Assembly: GCA_965214405.1 (NCBI GenBank)
Contig: OZ243956.1
Location: forward strand, 1,952,001-2,016,000
Direction of reading: 5' to 3'
Source: Trueperaceae bacterium
Lineage (GTDB): Bacteria; Deinococcota; Deinococci; Deinococcales; Trueperaceae
Length of the DNA: 64,000 nt
A program made the position numbers and the translations under genes. The notes under the pieces are model-generated. The model saw only the letters and a program-made list of their open reading frames with translations, was not told the origin of the DNA and searched no databases. Below are positions 9,953 to 19,464 of the stretch, piece by piece (position 1 is the stretch's first letter; each line of letters begins with the position of its first letter).

Positions 9953-11386
9953 TCAGCGCGCGCCCTCCGGGGGAACGTACCGGGTGTCCCCCACCTCATC
10001 TTGCAAGGCGTACAGCCGGTGGGTCAGCTCCGTCACAACGTCCGCGTAGGCGGGGTCCGCGTAGACGTTATTTAGCTCGTACGGGTCTCCTTCTAAGTCG
10101 AACAGCTCCCACTCGGGCTCGTAACTCTCGTCTATCGTGCCCGCCTGACCCAGCGCGTCGGCGTAGTAGTAGATGAGCTTAAAGCGGTGCGTCCGGACGC
10201 CGTAGTGTGCGTAGACGTTGTGGTGCGTTTTGTGCATCCAGTAGCGGTAGTACATCGCCTCGCGCCAGTCGTCGGGCGTGTTTTGGTTGAGGAGGGGGCG
10301 AAGGCTGCGACCCTGCATGTCCTCTGGAACGGGCACGCCCGCCAGGTCCAAAAACAGCGGCGCGAAGTCGACGTTCAAAATCATGTCTTTGTTGACGGTG
10401 CCCGCCTCGACCTCTTTCGGATAGCGCAGGATGAAAGGCATCCGCAAAGATTCTTCATACATAAAGCGTTTGTCGTACCAGCCGTGGTCGCCCAAGAAAA
10501 AACCCTGGTCCGAGGTGTAAATGACGAGCGTGTTTTCGGTTAGCCCCTGTTCGTCCAGATAGTCCAGCACGCGCCCCACGTTGTCGTCGATGCTGGCGAC
10601 GACCCGCAGGTAATCTTTGATGTAGCGCTGATAGGCCCATTTGCGGAGTTCCATCTCGGGGAGGGCGTGGTTGACTGCTACTTTGAGGTCTTTGGTTTCC
10701 ATATGGACGCCCACACGCATCTCGGCAGCCTCGGCGGCAGCGGCGCGGTTGCTGTAGTCGTCAAAAAGGGTCTCGGGTTCGGGGATGGTCTCGTTCAGGT
10801 ACATATGCGCGTGTTTCTCGTCCGGTTCCCACTCGCGGTGAGGGGCTTTGTGGTGATACATGAGGCAGAAGGGTTTGTCCGTATCGCGGTTTTTGAGCCA
10901 GTCCAGACTCATATCCGTAATCAGGTCGGTCACGTAGCCCCGCACGGTCTCTCGGCGACCCCCCGGAACCGCGTCGTCCTTAAAGATAAAGTCGGGGTTG
11001 TGATATAGGCCCTGCCCCGGTAACACCGCCCAGTCGTCGAAGCCCGTCGGGCAGTGCTCCGGCCCCTGCCCGAGGTGCCACTTGCCATAAATCGCCGTTT
11101 GATACCCCTGTTCTTGCAAAAGCTTGGGGAAGGTTTGCAGGCGGTTGTCCATCGGGGTCGCTAAGGTGGTCACGCCGTTGACGTGGTTGTGGGTTCCCGT
11201 CAGGATGGCGGCGCGGCTGGGCGTGCAAATTGAATTCGTGCAGAAGCAGTTGTCGAACCTCATACCGCCCTCAGCGATGCGGTCTAAGTTGGGCGTCTCG
11301 TTAATCTTGCTGCCGTAGCAACCGAGTGCGTGCGAGGCGTGGTCGTCGGACATGATGAACAAGATGTTGGGTTGTGGGTCAGCCAT
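9953..11386 (-). CDS. formylglycine-dependent (S1) sulfatase, N-acetylglucosamine-6-sulfatase-like, no signal peptide
   Basis: '[11 protein letters not shown]', '[11 protein letters not shown]', 'GKWHLG', 'HKAPH', '[22 protein letters not shown]'. Confidence 0.93.
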   Translation of the reverse strand: MADPQPNILFIMSDDHASHALGCYGSKINETPNLDRIAEGGMRFDNCFCTNSICTPSRAAILTGTHNHVNGVTTLATPMDNRLQTFPKLLQEQGYQTAIYGKWHLGQGPEHCPTGFDDWAVLPGQGLYHNPDFIFKDDAVPGGRRETVRGYVTDLITDMSLDWLKNRDTDKPFCLMYHHKAPHREWEPDEKHAHMYLNETIPEPETLFDDYSNRAAAAEAAEMRVGVHMETKDLKVAVNHALPEMELRKWAYQRYIKDYLRVVASIDDNVGRVLDYLDEQGLTENTLVIYTSDQGFFLGDHGWYDKRFMYEESLRMPFILRYPKEVEAGTVNKDMILNVDFAPLFLDLAGVPVPEDMQGRSLRPLLNQNTPDDWREAMYYRYWMHKTHHNVYAHYGVRTHRFKLIYYYADALGQAGTIDESYEPEWELFDLEGDPYELNNVYADPAYADVVTELTHRLYALQDEVGDTRYVPPEGAR

Positions 11387-11465
11387 GTTCAGCCGCTCTC
11401 TCTGGTGATTTCACAGTGCCAGCTTTCAAAAGCAGCACATTGACTACCAGCGTTACGCGATTTTA

Positions 11466-14087
11466 TCACCGTATCGCGTACAGGTAACCGTCGTCGGACA
11501 GCACCAGGGCTTTGCCGTTGATGATGGCGGGCGTCGACTCCTCCACCTTGTTGGTGAGGTTGAATTTCCACCTGAGCTTGGCTTCGCCGTCCGGACCCGG
11601 CTCTCGGCCGACGCAGTAGAAGAAAGGCGACGAGGTCGAGCCGAAGTAGACTGAATCGCCCGCCACAGCCGCGCCGGGAAGCCCGCCCCCCTCATGTTCC
11701 CAAACGAGTTCGCCCGTTTCGGCGTCCAAGCAGCAGATGGTCGAGTAGATCCAGACGCCGCCCAGACCGCGCCCGCGGTTGATGGATATATAGACGTATT
11801 TTCCGTCAAAGGCGGGCGTGGCATTGAAGTTGGTCGAGGCTCGAGGAAACTCCCACAACAGCTCCCCCGTTTTGCCGCCCAAACACTTGAAGGAGTCCGC
11901 GCCGCCGCTCGGCAAATAAATGCGCCCGTCTTTCGCCACCGCCGTCCCTGAGTCGCAGCCGCCGTCCACGTGGTACTTCCACAAGAGCTTGCCGCTGTGC
12001 ATGTCAAAGGCGTAAAAGTAGTGGTCCCAGCCGCCGAAGTATACGGTGTCGCCGTCGATGATGGGCTCGGAACACGTCGAGCGGGAGGTGCGGTAGCGCC
12101 AGAGGATAGCTCCGGTGTCGGCGTCCAGACAGTTCACCATGCCGTCGATACCGGGGACGAAGATGCGGCCCTGCGCCGCGTTCGCCGAGCCCCACACCCA
12201 GCCGGTCGCCTGTTTCCAGACAAGCCTCCCCGTTTCCGCGTCAATGCAGTAAAAATAGTCTTCGCCGCCCTGCTGCCCGAAGTAGATGCGCCCCTCATAG
12301 TAAGTCGGCGCGGCGGAGATGGCCGCCCCGCACTCGAAGCGCCACACCTCCTCCCCCGTCCTCTCATTGATGGCCTGGACAAAGCCCGAGGGCGTCCCGA
12401 TAAACGCCAAATCGCCTACCGCGGTGGGTTTGGATTGGTAGTAAGCCCCCCCGGCAATCTGGTCAGTCTGGACGCGCACCCCGTCCATCTCGACGGACTC
12501 TATGAGCGACTCTTTCCACTTGTGCTCGCCCCGCGCGCTGACGCAGTGGAGGTAGAGATCTGAACTGGTGAGGTAGACGTTGCTCTCCGACGCGACTAAG
12601 TCCGACAGGAGGTGATGCTCTGAGACTTTGGTCTTCCACAGCTTTTCCGCCCCCGCGTTTCCAAGGCCGAGGCCGTGAAGGTTGCCGTCTAAGGTGGCGA
12701 CGACTAACACATCATCAACCAAAACAGGGGCTGCCCGGACCCACTCACCGAGCTCGAGCTCCCAATTGAGCTCACCCGTTTCTGCGTTCAGACCGTACAT
12801 AAACCCGTCCGCCGACCCCACAAAAAGCTTGTCCTGGTCCAGCACGGGTTTGCTGTAGAGGCGAAACGCCCGCGCCTCTTCCCTATCGGGTTTCCAACGC
12901 CAGCGTTCTTCACCAGAATCCAGGTCGAGCGCGTAGATATTGCCGTCGTTGGACGCCACATAGAGCGTGTCGCCATCCAGCGTCGGCGTGGTGTTGACCG
13001 CGGCGTCCGCCTTGAAGTGCCAGCGGATGCGCCCCGCCTTGTGGTGAGTCCAGTCGCCCTCGAGCTTTAGGCAAAACACGTCGCCGTGTAAGGTGCCGAC
13101 GAAAACCGAGTCGTCCGTCAACACGGGCTCGCTGAACTGCGGGCCGACGAAGTAGTCCCATAGCTTCTCACCCGTCTGGTAATCTTTGCAGACCACCATG
13201 TCGAGGGCGGCGGCGACCGGCGGGGTCCGCTCGATGTCGTGAACGCCGAACGGGTAAACCAGTTTCTCCTCGTTCGCGGCGAACGGCGCGTAGGCGGCGC
13301 GGTAGTCGATGTGACAGGCCTCAACTTTACGCAGCTCTTCGCCGGTCCGCTTGTCAATAAACACCAGGTGCCGCGCCCAGCCGCTGTTGCCCCGGCTGCC
13401 GATTTCGCGCACGACTATCTCGTCACCAACGATGATGGGGCTCGCCGCGATGCTCGGCGTGTGATAGAGCTGGTCGCCGATGACGCCGACCTCCCGGCGG
13501 CACTTCCAGTTCACCGCGCCCGTGGCTTTGTCAAAGCTGTACATCGACACGCGCATCCCCGGCGAAGCTGCGTAGACGCTGTTTCCCTCGACCACGGGCC
13601 GCGCCCGCCAGCCCAGGCTGATGGGGAACTTCCAGGCGTAAGCCCCCTCGGTCGGCCCCGGCTCGGCCGTGTAGCCCGTGTGGTGCATGTCTTTCTGGTA
13701 GGTTGTCCAGTTGTCACCAGACGTGTTTGGGCTTCCGGTAGGCGCTTCCGACTTCTTTTGTGCGGGTGGTAGGACAAACCCGTGCTCAGCCAGCAACTCC
13801 TCCAACAAGGCAAAGCCCTCGTCCACCGCATTGAAGTACGCCTGGTTGACCTTGGTCTCTTCATAATCGACCAGGATGCTGCTCGACCAGCGCGCGGCCA
13901 GAACGTCGTCGATGGGGATGTAGGGCTCGAGGTCGATGCCCAACTGCTGCAACGTCGCCGCCCAGATTTTCAAGGCAACGGCCCGCTCCTGAAAATTCTC
14001 TTTGGTGGTCTTGCTACGAGCAACGGCGGTGCGAAGGTCATCTAAGTAGTCGTCGCCAGACGGAACCAGGGTCGGGGCACTTGCCAT
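11466..14087 (-). CDS. tandem PQQ-like (BamB-type repeat) beta-propeller protein, paralog 1, cytoplasmic
   Basis: Many 'A.D..TG...W' repeats; ATG 14087 preceded by AGGAG; no signal peptide or lipobox; paralog of 38094-40796. Confidence 0.85.
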   Translation of the reverse strand: MASAPTLVPSGDDYLDDLRTAVARSKTTKENFQERAVALKIWAATLQQLGIDLEPYIPIDDVLAARWSSSILVDYEETKVNQAYFNAVDEGFALLEELLAEHGFVLPPAQKKSEAPTGSPNTSGDNWTTYQKDMHHTGYTAEPGPTEGAYAWKFPISLGWRARPVVEGNSVYAASPGMRVSMYSFDKATGAVNWKCRREVGVIGDQLYHTPSIAASPIIVGDEIVVREIGSRGNSGWARHLVFIDKRTGEELRKVEACHIDYRAAYAPFAANEEKLVYPFGVHDIERTPPVAAALDMVVCKDYQTGEKLWDYFVGPQFSEPVLTDDSVFVGTLHGDVFCLKLEGDWTHHKAGRIRWHFKADAAVNTTPTLDGDTLYVASNDGNIYALDLDSGEERWRWKPDREEARAFRLYSKPVLDQDKLFVGSADGFMYGLNAETGELNWELELGEWVRAAPVLVDDVLVVATLDGNLHGLGLGNAGAEKLWKTKVSEHHLLSDLVASESNVYLTSSDLYLHCVSARGEHKWKESLIESVEMDGVRVQTDQIAGGAYYQSKPTAVGDLAFIGTPSGFVQAINERTGEEVWRFECGAAISAAPTYYEGRIYFGQQGGEDYFYCIDAETGRLVWKQATGWVWGSANAAQGRIFVPGIDGMVNCLDADTGAILWRYRTSRSTCSEPIIDGDTVYFGGWDHYFYAFDMHSGKLLWKYHVDGGCDSGTAVAKDGRIYLPSGGADSFKCLGGKTGELLWEFPRASTNFNATPAFDGKYVYISINRGRGLGGVWIYSTICCLDAETGELVWEHEGGGLPGAAVAGDSVYFGSTSSPFFYCVGREPGPDGEAKLRWKFNLTNKVEESTPAIINGKALVLSDDGYLYAIR

Positions 14088-14173
14088 AGTTTCACTCCTA
14101 AAGCTAACTCGGACGTTCAAACGTCAGAAACCGACGTTCTCTAGAAATCAACGCTTATCAAAACGCTTATCAA

Positions 14174-14195
14174 GTTGTTAAATCGATCTAGCAAC
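14174..14195. promoter_or_regulatory. LacI-type operator O1
   Basis: GTTGTTAAATCGATCTAGCAAC, near-palindrome with central CG, just downstream of the minus-strand promoter; matches three other sites. Confidence 0.8.
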
Positions 14196-14204
14196 GTGTC
14201 CCCA

Positions 14205-14233
14205 ATCGTAAATGGAACACGGGCACTTGTCAA
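14205..14233 (-). promoter_or_regulatory. sigma70-type promoter for propeller-1/sulfatase operon
   Basis: TTGACA-17 bp-TACGAT on the minus strand. Confidence 0.7.
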
Positions 14234-14283
14234 TAGTTCGGTGGTTACGCGTCCACAAGCCCCTCTGCCCTGACCGGCGCTAC

Positions 14284-14640
14284 TCAGGAGCGAATGTCGC
14301 GCCACGGTTTTTCCCGCCACTCCCTTTCCAAACGCTTCAAGTCCCCGACGATGACCTTGCGCGTCTCAGGCCCGTCGACCATCGGGGTGGCCTCGAAATA
14401 CCGCGTCAAGCTGCGCACGCGCTGCAGCGCGTAGAGCTTGGCGACGTAAGGCCCCAGATGGGTGAAAGGGTGCTTTCGCCAATTCGGCGGCGCTTTTCGG
14501 GTCGCCAGGATCATCTCGGCGTCCCGGTGCCTCGTCTCCACAAACAGTCTTACGAGCGAGGTGGAAAACCAGATGAGAAAGTAGAACAGGACGACGAGTA
14601 GCCCTATCATGGCGATGATAAAAATGACGAACGTGCTCAC
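14284..14640 (-). CDS. small hypothetical membrane protein (single N-terminal TM helix)
   Basis: 118 aa, hydrophobic N-terminus, GTG start with AAGGAG upstream. Confidence 0.7.
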   Translation of the reverse strand: MSTFVIFIIAMIGLLVVLFYFLIWFSTSLVRLFVETRHRDAEMILATRKAPPNWRKHPFTHLGPYVAKLYALQRVRSLTRYFEATPMVDGPETRKVIVGDLKRLEREWREKPWRDIRS

Positions 14641-14764
14641 TCAGACCCGACTCCTTGGCTTACTCCTACACCTTTACACCTTAGCTTCTAGGCTTTCGGC
14701 CTCGAGCATAGTGCATCTCAAACGAAAGATAAAGACATAAGAGCGTCGTTATCCCTAAAAATAT

Positions 14765-14794
14765 TTGACCCGAGCCTCGATGTGGGTCTATAAT
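14765..14794 (+). promoter_or_regulatory. sigma70-type promoter for the ABC ATPase operon
   Basis: TTGACC-18 bp-TATAAT. Confidence 0.75.
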
Positions 14795-14796
14795 CG

Positions 14797-14818
14797 GTTG
14801 GTAGATCGTTCTAACAAA
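14797..14818. promoter_or_regulatory. LacI-type operator O2
   Basis: GTTGGTAGATCGTTCTAACAAA overlapping the predicted TSS. Confidence 0.8.
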
Positions 14819-14829
14819 CGGGAGTTTCC

Positions 14830-15909
14830 ATGAGCATGGCGACAGCTTTACCGAAAACGCAGCCGGGTGCAGATACAAATGCAGACCTGGGTGAAGACAC
14901 CGCGATATCGGTTCGCAACCTCAAAACCCACTTTTTTCTCGAGGAGGGCACGCTCAAAGCCGTCGACAACGTCTCATTCGATGTCAAGAACGGCGCGACT
15001 GTGGGCATCATCGGCGAAAGCGGGTCGGGCAAGAGCGTGACGGCCCGGTCTATTTTGCGCATCGTACCCAAACCGGGCAGGATCGTGGGGGGCGAAATCC
15101 TCGCCAGGTCCTCTACTTTAGGCGTCGTTGACATGGCTAAACTCAAAGAGTCCGGCGAGAAGATACGTTCCGTAAGGGGCAAGGACGTCGCCATGATCTT
15201 CCAGGAGCCCATGACGAGCCTGTCGCCCGTCCACACGGTCGGCAACCAGATCGTCGAGGCCATCCTCATCCACAGCGACAGGAGCAGCAAAGAGGCTCGA
15301 GCCTACGCCATCGACATGCTCGCCCAGGTGGGCATTTCGGCCCCCCGGCAGCGGATCGACGAGTACCCGTTTCAACTGTCGGGCGGGATGCGCCAGCGGG
15401 TCATGATTGCGATGGCGCTCTCCTGTAACCCGCGCGTGCTCATCGCGGACGAGCCCACCACGGCGCTCGACGTGACCGTGCAGGCCCAGATTCTCGACCT
15501 CATGGAAGATTTGCAAGAAAAGTTCGGCATGGCGATCATGTACATTACCCACGACCTCGGCGTCATCGCGGGCATCGCCGACGAGATCAACGTCATGTAC
15601 TTGGGCAAGGTGGTCGAGAAGGCGACGGCGACCGAGCTTTTCAAAAACCCGCAGCACCCCTACACCAAGGGCCTGTTAAAGTCCATCCCCGACTTTAACA
15701 GCGTCAAAGGCAGCCGCTTGAACCCCATCGAGGGCAACGTGCCCGTCCCCCTCAACCTGCCCGTGCGCTGCGGGTTTTACGGCCGCTGCCCGGTAGCCAT
15801 CGAGGGACTATGTGACCGGGCGCTGCCCGCCCTGGTGAGCGACGGCTCGGGTCACGCCGCCCGCTGCTTCCAGGTCCACGACGAGGTGGAAGAGAGCCAG
15901 GATGAGTGA
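14830..15909 (+). CDS. Opp/Dpp-type ABC transporter ATP-binding protein (OppD-like)
   Basis: 'GESGSGKS', 'LSGGMRQRV', '[10 protein letters not shown]', C-terminal 'HPYT' and Cys cluster. Confidence 0.95.
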   Translation: MSMATALPKTQPGADTNADLGEDTAISVRNLKTHFFLEEGTLKAVDNVSFDVKNGATVGIIGESGSGKSVTARSILRIVPKPGRIVGGEILARSSTLGVVDMAKLKESGEKIRSVRGKDVAMIFQEPMTSLSPVHTVGNQIVEAILIHSDRSSKEARAYAIDMLAQVGISAPRQRIDEYPFQLSGGMRQRVMIAMALSCNPRVLIADEPTTALDVTVQAQILDLMEDLQEKFGMAIMYITHDLGVIAGIADEINVMYLGKVVEKATATELFKNPQHPYTKGLLKSIPDFNSVKGSRLNPIEGNVPVPLNLPVRCGFYGRCPVAIEGLCDRALPALVSDGSGHAARCFQVHDEVEESQDE

Positions 15910-17005
15910 CGCCACAATAAATAATCCAGTGAGTAACACTGGCAAAAACAGTACCGGTAAATCCCCCGCCAAAAAATGCATGTTGGAGGTGCGCGGCCTC
16001 AGCAAGTTCTTCCCCATCGAAAAGGGCATCTTGAAAAGGGTCACCGGCCACGTGCGGGCGGTCGACGAGGTCAGCTTTCATATCGACCAGGGGGAGACCC
16101 TGGGGCTGGTCGGCGAGTCGGGCTCCGGCAAGACCACGCTGGGCAGGATGATCGTCAAAGTTATCGACGCAACTGATGGAGATATTTTGTTGACGCTTCC
16201 TGACGGTGAGGTCATCAACGTGGCGGCCATGTCGGAAAAAGACCTTTTCCCTTACCGCAAGCATATCCATATGATCTTCCAGGACCCCTACGGCTCGCTC
16301 AACCCGCGGCTGACGGTGCTGGACATCATCGCCGAGCCGCTCATTTATAACAACATCGCTACTGGCTCCGACTTGGTAGACCGCGTCAAGGAACTCATGG
16401 AACTCGTCGGGCTGCAACCGAGTCACCTGCGGCGCTACCCGCACGCGTTTTCCGGCGGGCAGCGGCAGCGCATCGGCATCGCCCGCTCGCTGGCCCCCAA
16501 CCCCAGGCTCATCGTCTGCGACGAGGCCGTGTCGGCTTTGGACATTTCGGTGCAGGCGCAAGTTATCAACCTGCTCCAGGAGTTGCAGGAGAAATTAGGG
16601 CTCACCTACTTGTTCATCGCCCACGACCTGTCCGTCGTGCAGCACATCTCGGACCGGGTCGCCGTCATGTACGTCGGCAAATTCGCCGAACTCGCGCCCA
16701 CCGAGCAACTCTTCGAGTCGCCCAAACACCCTTACACCGAGGCCCTGCTCGCCGCCGTGCCCAAGCCCGACCCCACCATCGAACGAAAACGCAGCGCCCT
16801 TTCGGGCGAAATCGCCAACCCCGCCGACCCGCCCTCGGGCTGTTACTTTCACCCGCGCTGTAAATACGCAGTTGATAAATGCAAAGTTGATACGCCCCTT
16901 TGGGAGGAGGTAGCGCCTGAGCACTTCGTCGCCTGCCACCGCGTACACGAACTCGACCTCGTCGGCATCAAAGGACGCCCCCGCAGCGCCGCCGCGGTGA
17001 CTTGA
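15902..17005 (+). CDS. Opp/Dpp-type ABC transporter ATP-binding protein (OppF-like)
   Basis: 'GESGSGKT', 'FSGGQRQRI', 'CDEAVSALD', 'GCYFHPRC'. Confidence 0.95.
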   Translation: MSDATINNPVSNTGKNSTGKSPAKKCMLEVRGLSKFFPIEKGILKRVTGHVRAVDEVSFHIDQGETLGLVGESGSGKTTLGRMIVKVIDATDGDILLTLPDGEVINVAAMSEKDLFPYRKHIHMIFQDPYGSLNPRLTVLDIIAEPLIYNNIATGSDLVDRVKELMELVGLQPSHLRRYPHAFSGGQRQRIGIARSLAPNPRLIVCDEAVSALDISVQAQVINLLQELQEKLGLTYLFIAHDLSVVQHISDRVAVMYVGKFAELAPTEQLFESPKHPYTEALLAAVPKPDPTIERKRSALSGEIANPADPPSGCYFHPRCKYAVDKCKVDTPLWEEVAPEHFVACHRVHELDLVGIKGRPRSAAAVT

Positions 17006-17154
17006 CGGGGGTCACTCTCTCACGCCCTACAGACGAGTCAGGATACCCGTCAGACCTCTTACAAAAGTCCGCACACAGCACCGCTTTGCAGCGCGGCTTA
17101 AAGAACATACATCTCTCGAACGCAGCTTTTTGTTTAGCAAGCTAAGGAGAAACG

Positions 17155-18048
17155 ATGGAAAAACGGACTTTAGGCAAAACCGGGCTCGAGGTCGGCATCT
17201 TAGGCTTCGGCGCGATGGCAATCCGCAACGACGGACAGGGCCGAAGGACTGAAAAGATTGCGGAAGAACAAATCGACTTATTACTCAACACCGTGCTCGA
17301 CTCGGGCGTAAACTTTATCGACACCGCGCCCGACTACGGTTATAGCGAACGCTATATTGGCGACTTCATCTCGTCTCGCCGAGAAGAGTTTTTCTTGGCA
17401 ACAAAATGTGGCTGCGCCCCGACCCCCGACCAGCCCTGGCGTCACGTCTGGACGAAAGACCAGCTTATGAAAAATATTGAGGCGAGCCTGAAAGCGCTCA
17501 AGACCGATTATGTGGACGTGCTGCAACTGCACAACCCCGGCGAGATGTCCGACGCTCAGGGTGCGGCTATGGATTTAGGCGAACTGGTCGAGGTGTTGGA
17601 GGAGATAAGGGCCAACGGTTGGGCACGCTATATAGGCGTTTCGGACGAGCCGCCCTACCTGCCGGACGCGCTAACAACAGGCACTTTCGACACGGTGCAG
17701 ATGGCGTACGGCCTGTACCTGCCCCGGCACAAGGAGATGCTCGAGAGGGTCGAGGCCGCAGGGATGGGAACCATCATCAGGAACGCGATCACGCAGGGGT
17801 TTAGCAACAGCATCACCCAGAACGAGCAGCGTAGAGATGAACTGGACGAAATAACGGCTTCGACAGGTTTAACCAGAGGTGAACTGATCGTTCGCTACGC
17901 CCTATCGGACAAGATGATTGACACGGTTATCATCGGTACTGCGAATGTAGAGCATTTTCGCGTCAACCTGAGTTATGCCGAAAGGGGTGTTCTGCCAGAA
18001 GACATCGTGGCTCAACTGGAAAAGAGTAGAGATGCGACAACAACGTAG
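17155..18048 (+). CDS. aldo/keto reductase
   Basis: 'LGKTGLEV..LGFG', 'FIDTAPDYG', 'LATKCG', 'DYVDVLQLH'. Confidence 0.92.
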   Translation: MEKRTLGKTGLEVGILGFGAMAIRNDGQGRRTEKIAEEQIDLLLNTVLDSGVNFIDTAPDYGYSERYIGDFISSRREEFFLATKCGCAPTPDQPWRHVWTKDQLMKNIEASLKALKTDYVDVLQLHNPGEMSDAQGAAMDLGELVEVLEEIRANGWARYIGVSDEPPYLPDALTTGTFDTVQMAYGLYLPRHKEMLERVEAAGMGTIIRNAITQGFSNSITQNEQRRDELDEITASTGLTRGELIVRYALSDKMIDTVIIGTANVEHFRVNLSYAERGVLPEDIVAQLEKSRDATTT

Positions 18049-18090
18049 ACACCAACCTGGATTCGCGATTATCGTTCACGGATACATATC

Positions 18091-18723
18091 ATGCTGAAAC
18101 CCGACTTTTCCAAGGCGCGCTGGTTAAACGAACCCGAACAATTTCACATAACCGAGCAGCATATCTCCATCGTCACAAAACCCTATACCGACCTCTGGCA
18201 GCGGACCTATTACGGGTTTAGGAGGGACGACGCAGCAGCGCTCTTGCTCGAGACCAAAGTTAACTTCACATTTACCCTCAAAGCATCTTTTGAATACCGA
18301 GAAAGATTCGACCAGTGCGGCATCATCATCTACTTGGGTCGTGAGGATTGGTTCAAAGCATCTACCGAGTACGAAACCGAAAGCTTCTCTCGCCTGGGAA
18401 GCGTCGTCACCAACGGCGCGTATTCCGATTGGGCAACAGTAGACATACCCACGACGACGCACATGTGGTATCGCCTTCATCGGCGCGGACCGGACTTTCT
18501 GGTCGAGTCGTCATTGGACGGAACAGCGTTTAAGCAGATGCGAATTTTCCATTTGCACCGGTTGGGAGAAACGTCTAGCGAAATGGGCACGCTCGACCCC
18601 CCGGCACCCGCTGAGCGTAGCTGCACATTCGGCTTGTACGCTTGTAGCCCGGCGAATTCGTCTTTCAAGGCTGACTTTAGCGACTTTACGCTCGAAGACT
18701 GTTTGTGGAAAGCGCACGTTTGA
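18091..18723 (+). CDS. DUF1349 (concanavalin A-like) protein
   Basis: 'TDLWQRTYYGF', 'FDQCG', 'WFKASTEY', 'LGSVVTN..YSDWA', 'GLYACSP'. Confidence 0.85.
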   Translation: MLKPDFSKARWLNEPEQFHITEQHISIVTKPYTDLWQRTYYGFRRDDAAALLLETKVNFTFTLKASFEYRERFDQCGIIIYLGREDWFKASTEYETESFSRLGSVVTNGAYSDWATVDIPTTTHMWYRLHRRGPDFLVESSLDGTAFKQMRIFHLHRLGETSSEMGTLDPPAPAERSCTFGLYACSPANSSFKADFSDFTLEDCLWKAHV

Positions 18724-19298
18724 CAAGGGACGCTCTAACCCTGGACAAAAACACCCTGCTGATGCTCATCGACCTGCAAAAAGCTATCGACTTGCCGCAG
18801 TGGGGCGAACCCAATAACCCCGAAGCTGATAAGCAGATAGTAAAACTCTTAGTGGCTTGGCGTCAGCGTCACATGCCGATTCTGCATGTTAAACACATGT
18901 CGCCGGACCCAAACTCGTTTCACCACCCTGGACGACCCGGTAATGCTTTCAAAGATATCGCTTTACCTTTGGCTCATGAAAAGGTGCTCGAGAAGAGAGT
19001 GAACAGCGCCTTTATCGGGACGGGGTTGGGGGGGTGGCTCGAGCAAAAAGCCATAAAACATATCGTGATGGCGGGTGTTATTACCAACGCCTCCGTCGAG
19101 GCGACCGCGCGCATGTCGGGCAATTTAGGCTATGACACGACCGTCGTGGCCGACGCCTGCTACACCTTCGGTCGGCATGACTTTAACGGCAAGTGGTGGG
19201 ACGCGGAGGACGTTCACGCGCTGTCTCTAGCCAACTTACGGGACGACTACGCCAGCATCCGCCACACAGCCGAGCTGCTTCGGCGCTTACCGGCATAG
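18720..19298 (+). CDS. isochorismatase/cysteine-hydrolase family protein
   Basis: 'LIDLQ', 'EKRVNSAFIGT', 'GVITNASVEATAR'; TTG start overlapping upstream TGA. Confidence 0.85.
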   Translation: MTRDALTLDKNTLLMLIDLQKAIDLPQWGEPNNPEADKQIVKLLVAWRQRHMPILHVKHMSPDPNSFHHPGRPGNAFKDIALPLAHEKVLEKRVNSAFIGTGLGGWLEQKAIKHIVMAGVITNASVEATARMSGNLGYDTTVVADACYTFGRHDFNGKWWDAEDVHALSLANLRDDYASIRHTAELLRRLPA

Positions 19299-19385
19299 CT
19301 TCTAGCCTGAGCGCACAGCGGTAGCCACCGCCGGTGACAACATGAACAAACTCCATATGAACAAACCCCATCATTATCAAGTTGT

Positions 19386-19415
19386 TTGACAAGTGAGTAG
19401 CGAATCATCTAAACT
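19386..19415 (+). promoter_or_regulatory. putative promoter of the GH2 operon
   Basis: TTGACA-18 bp-TAAACT upstream of 19465. Confidence 0.55.
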
Positions 19416-19464
19416 CTCTTTAAGAACGCCATAGCTGAAAAGTTCGCCTTTCTCGGAGGAACCT

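Noticed and set aside
11466..14120. BamB or PQQ-dependent dehydrogenase annotation, and the TTG start at 14120
   Set aside because: No lipobox or signal peptide, about twice BamB length, catabolic context; ATG 14087 has the RBS
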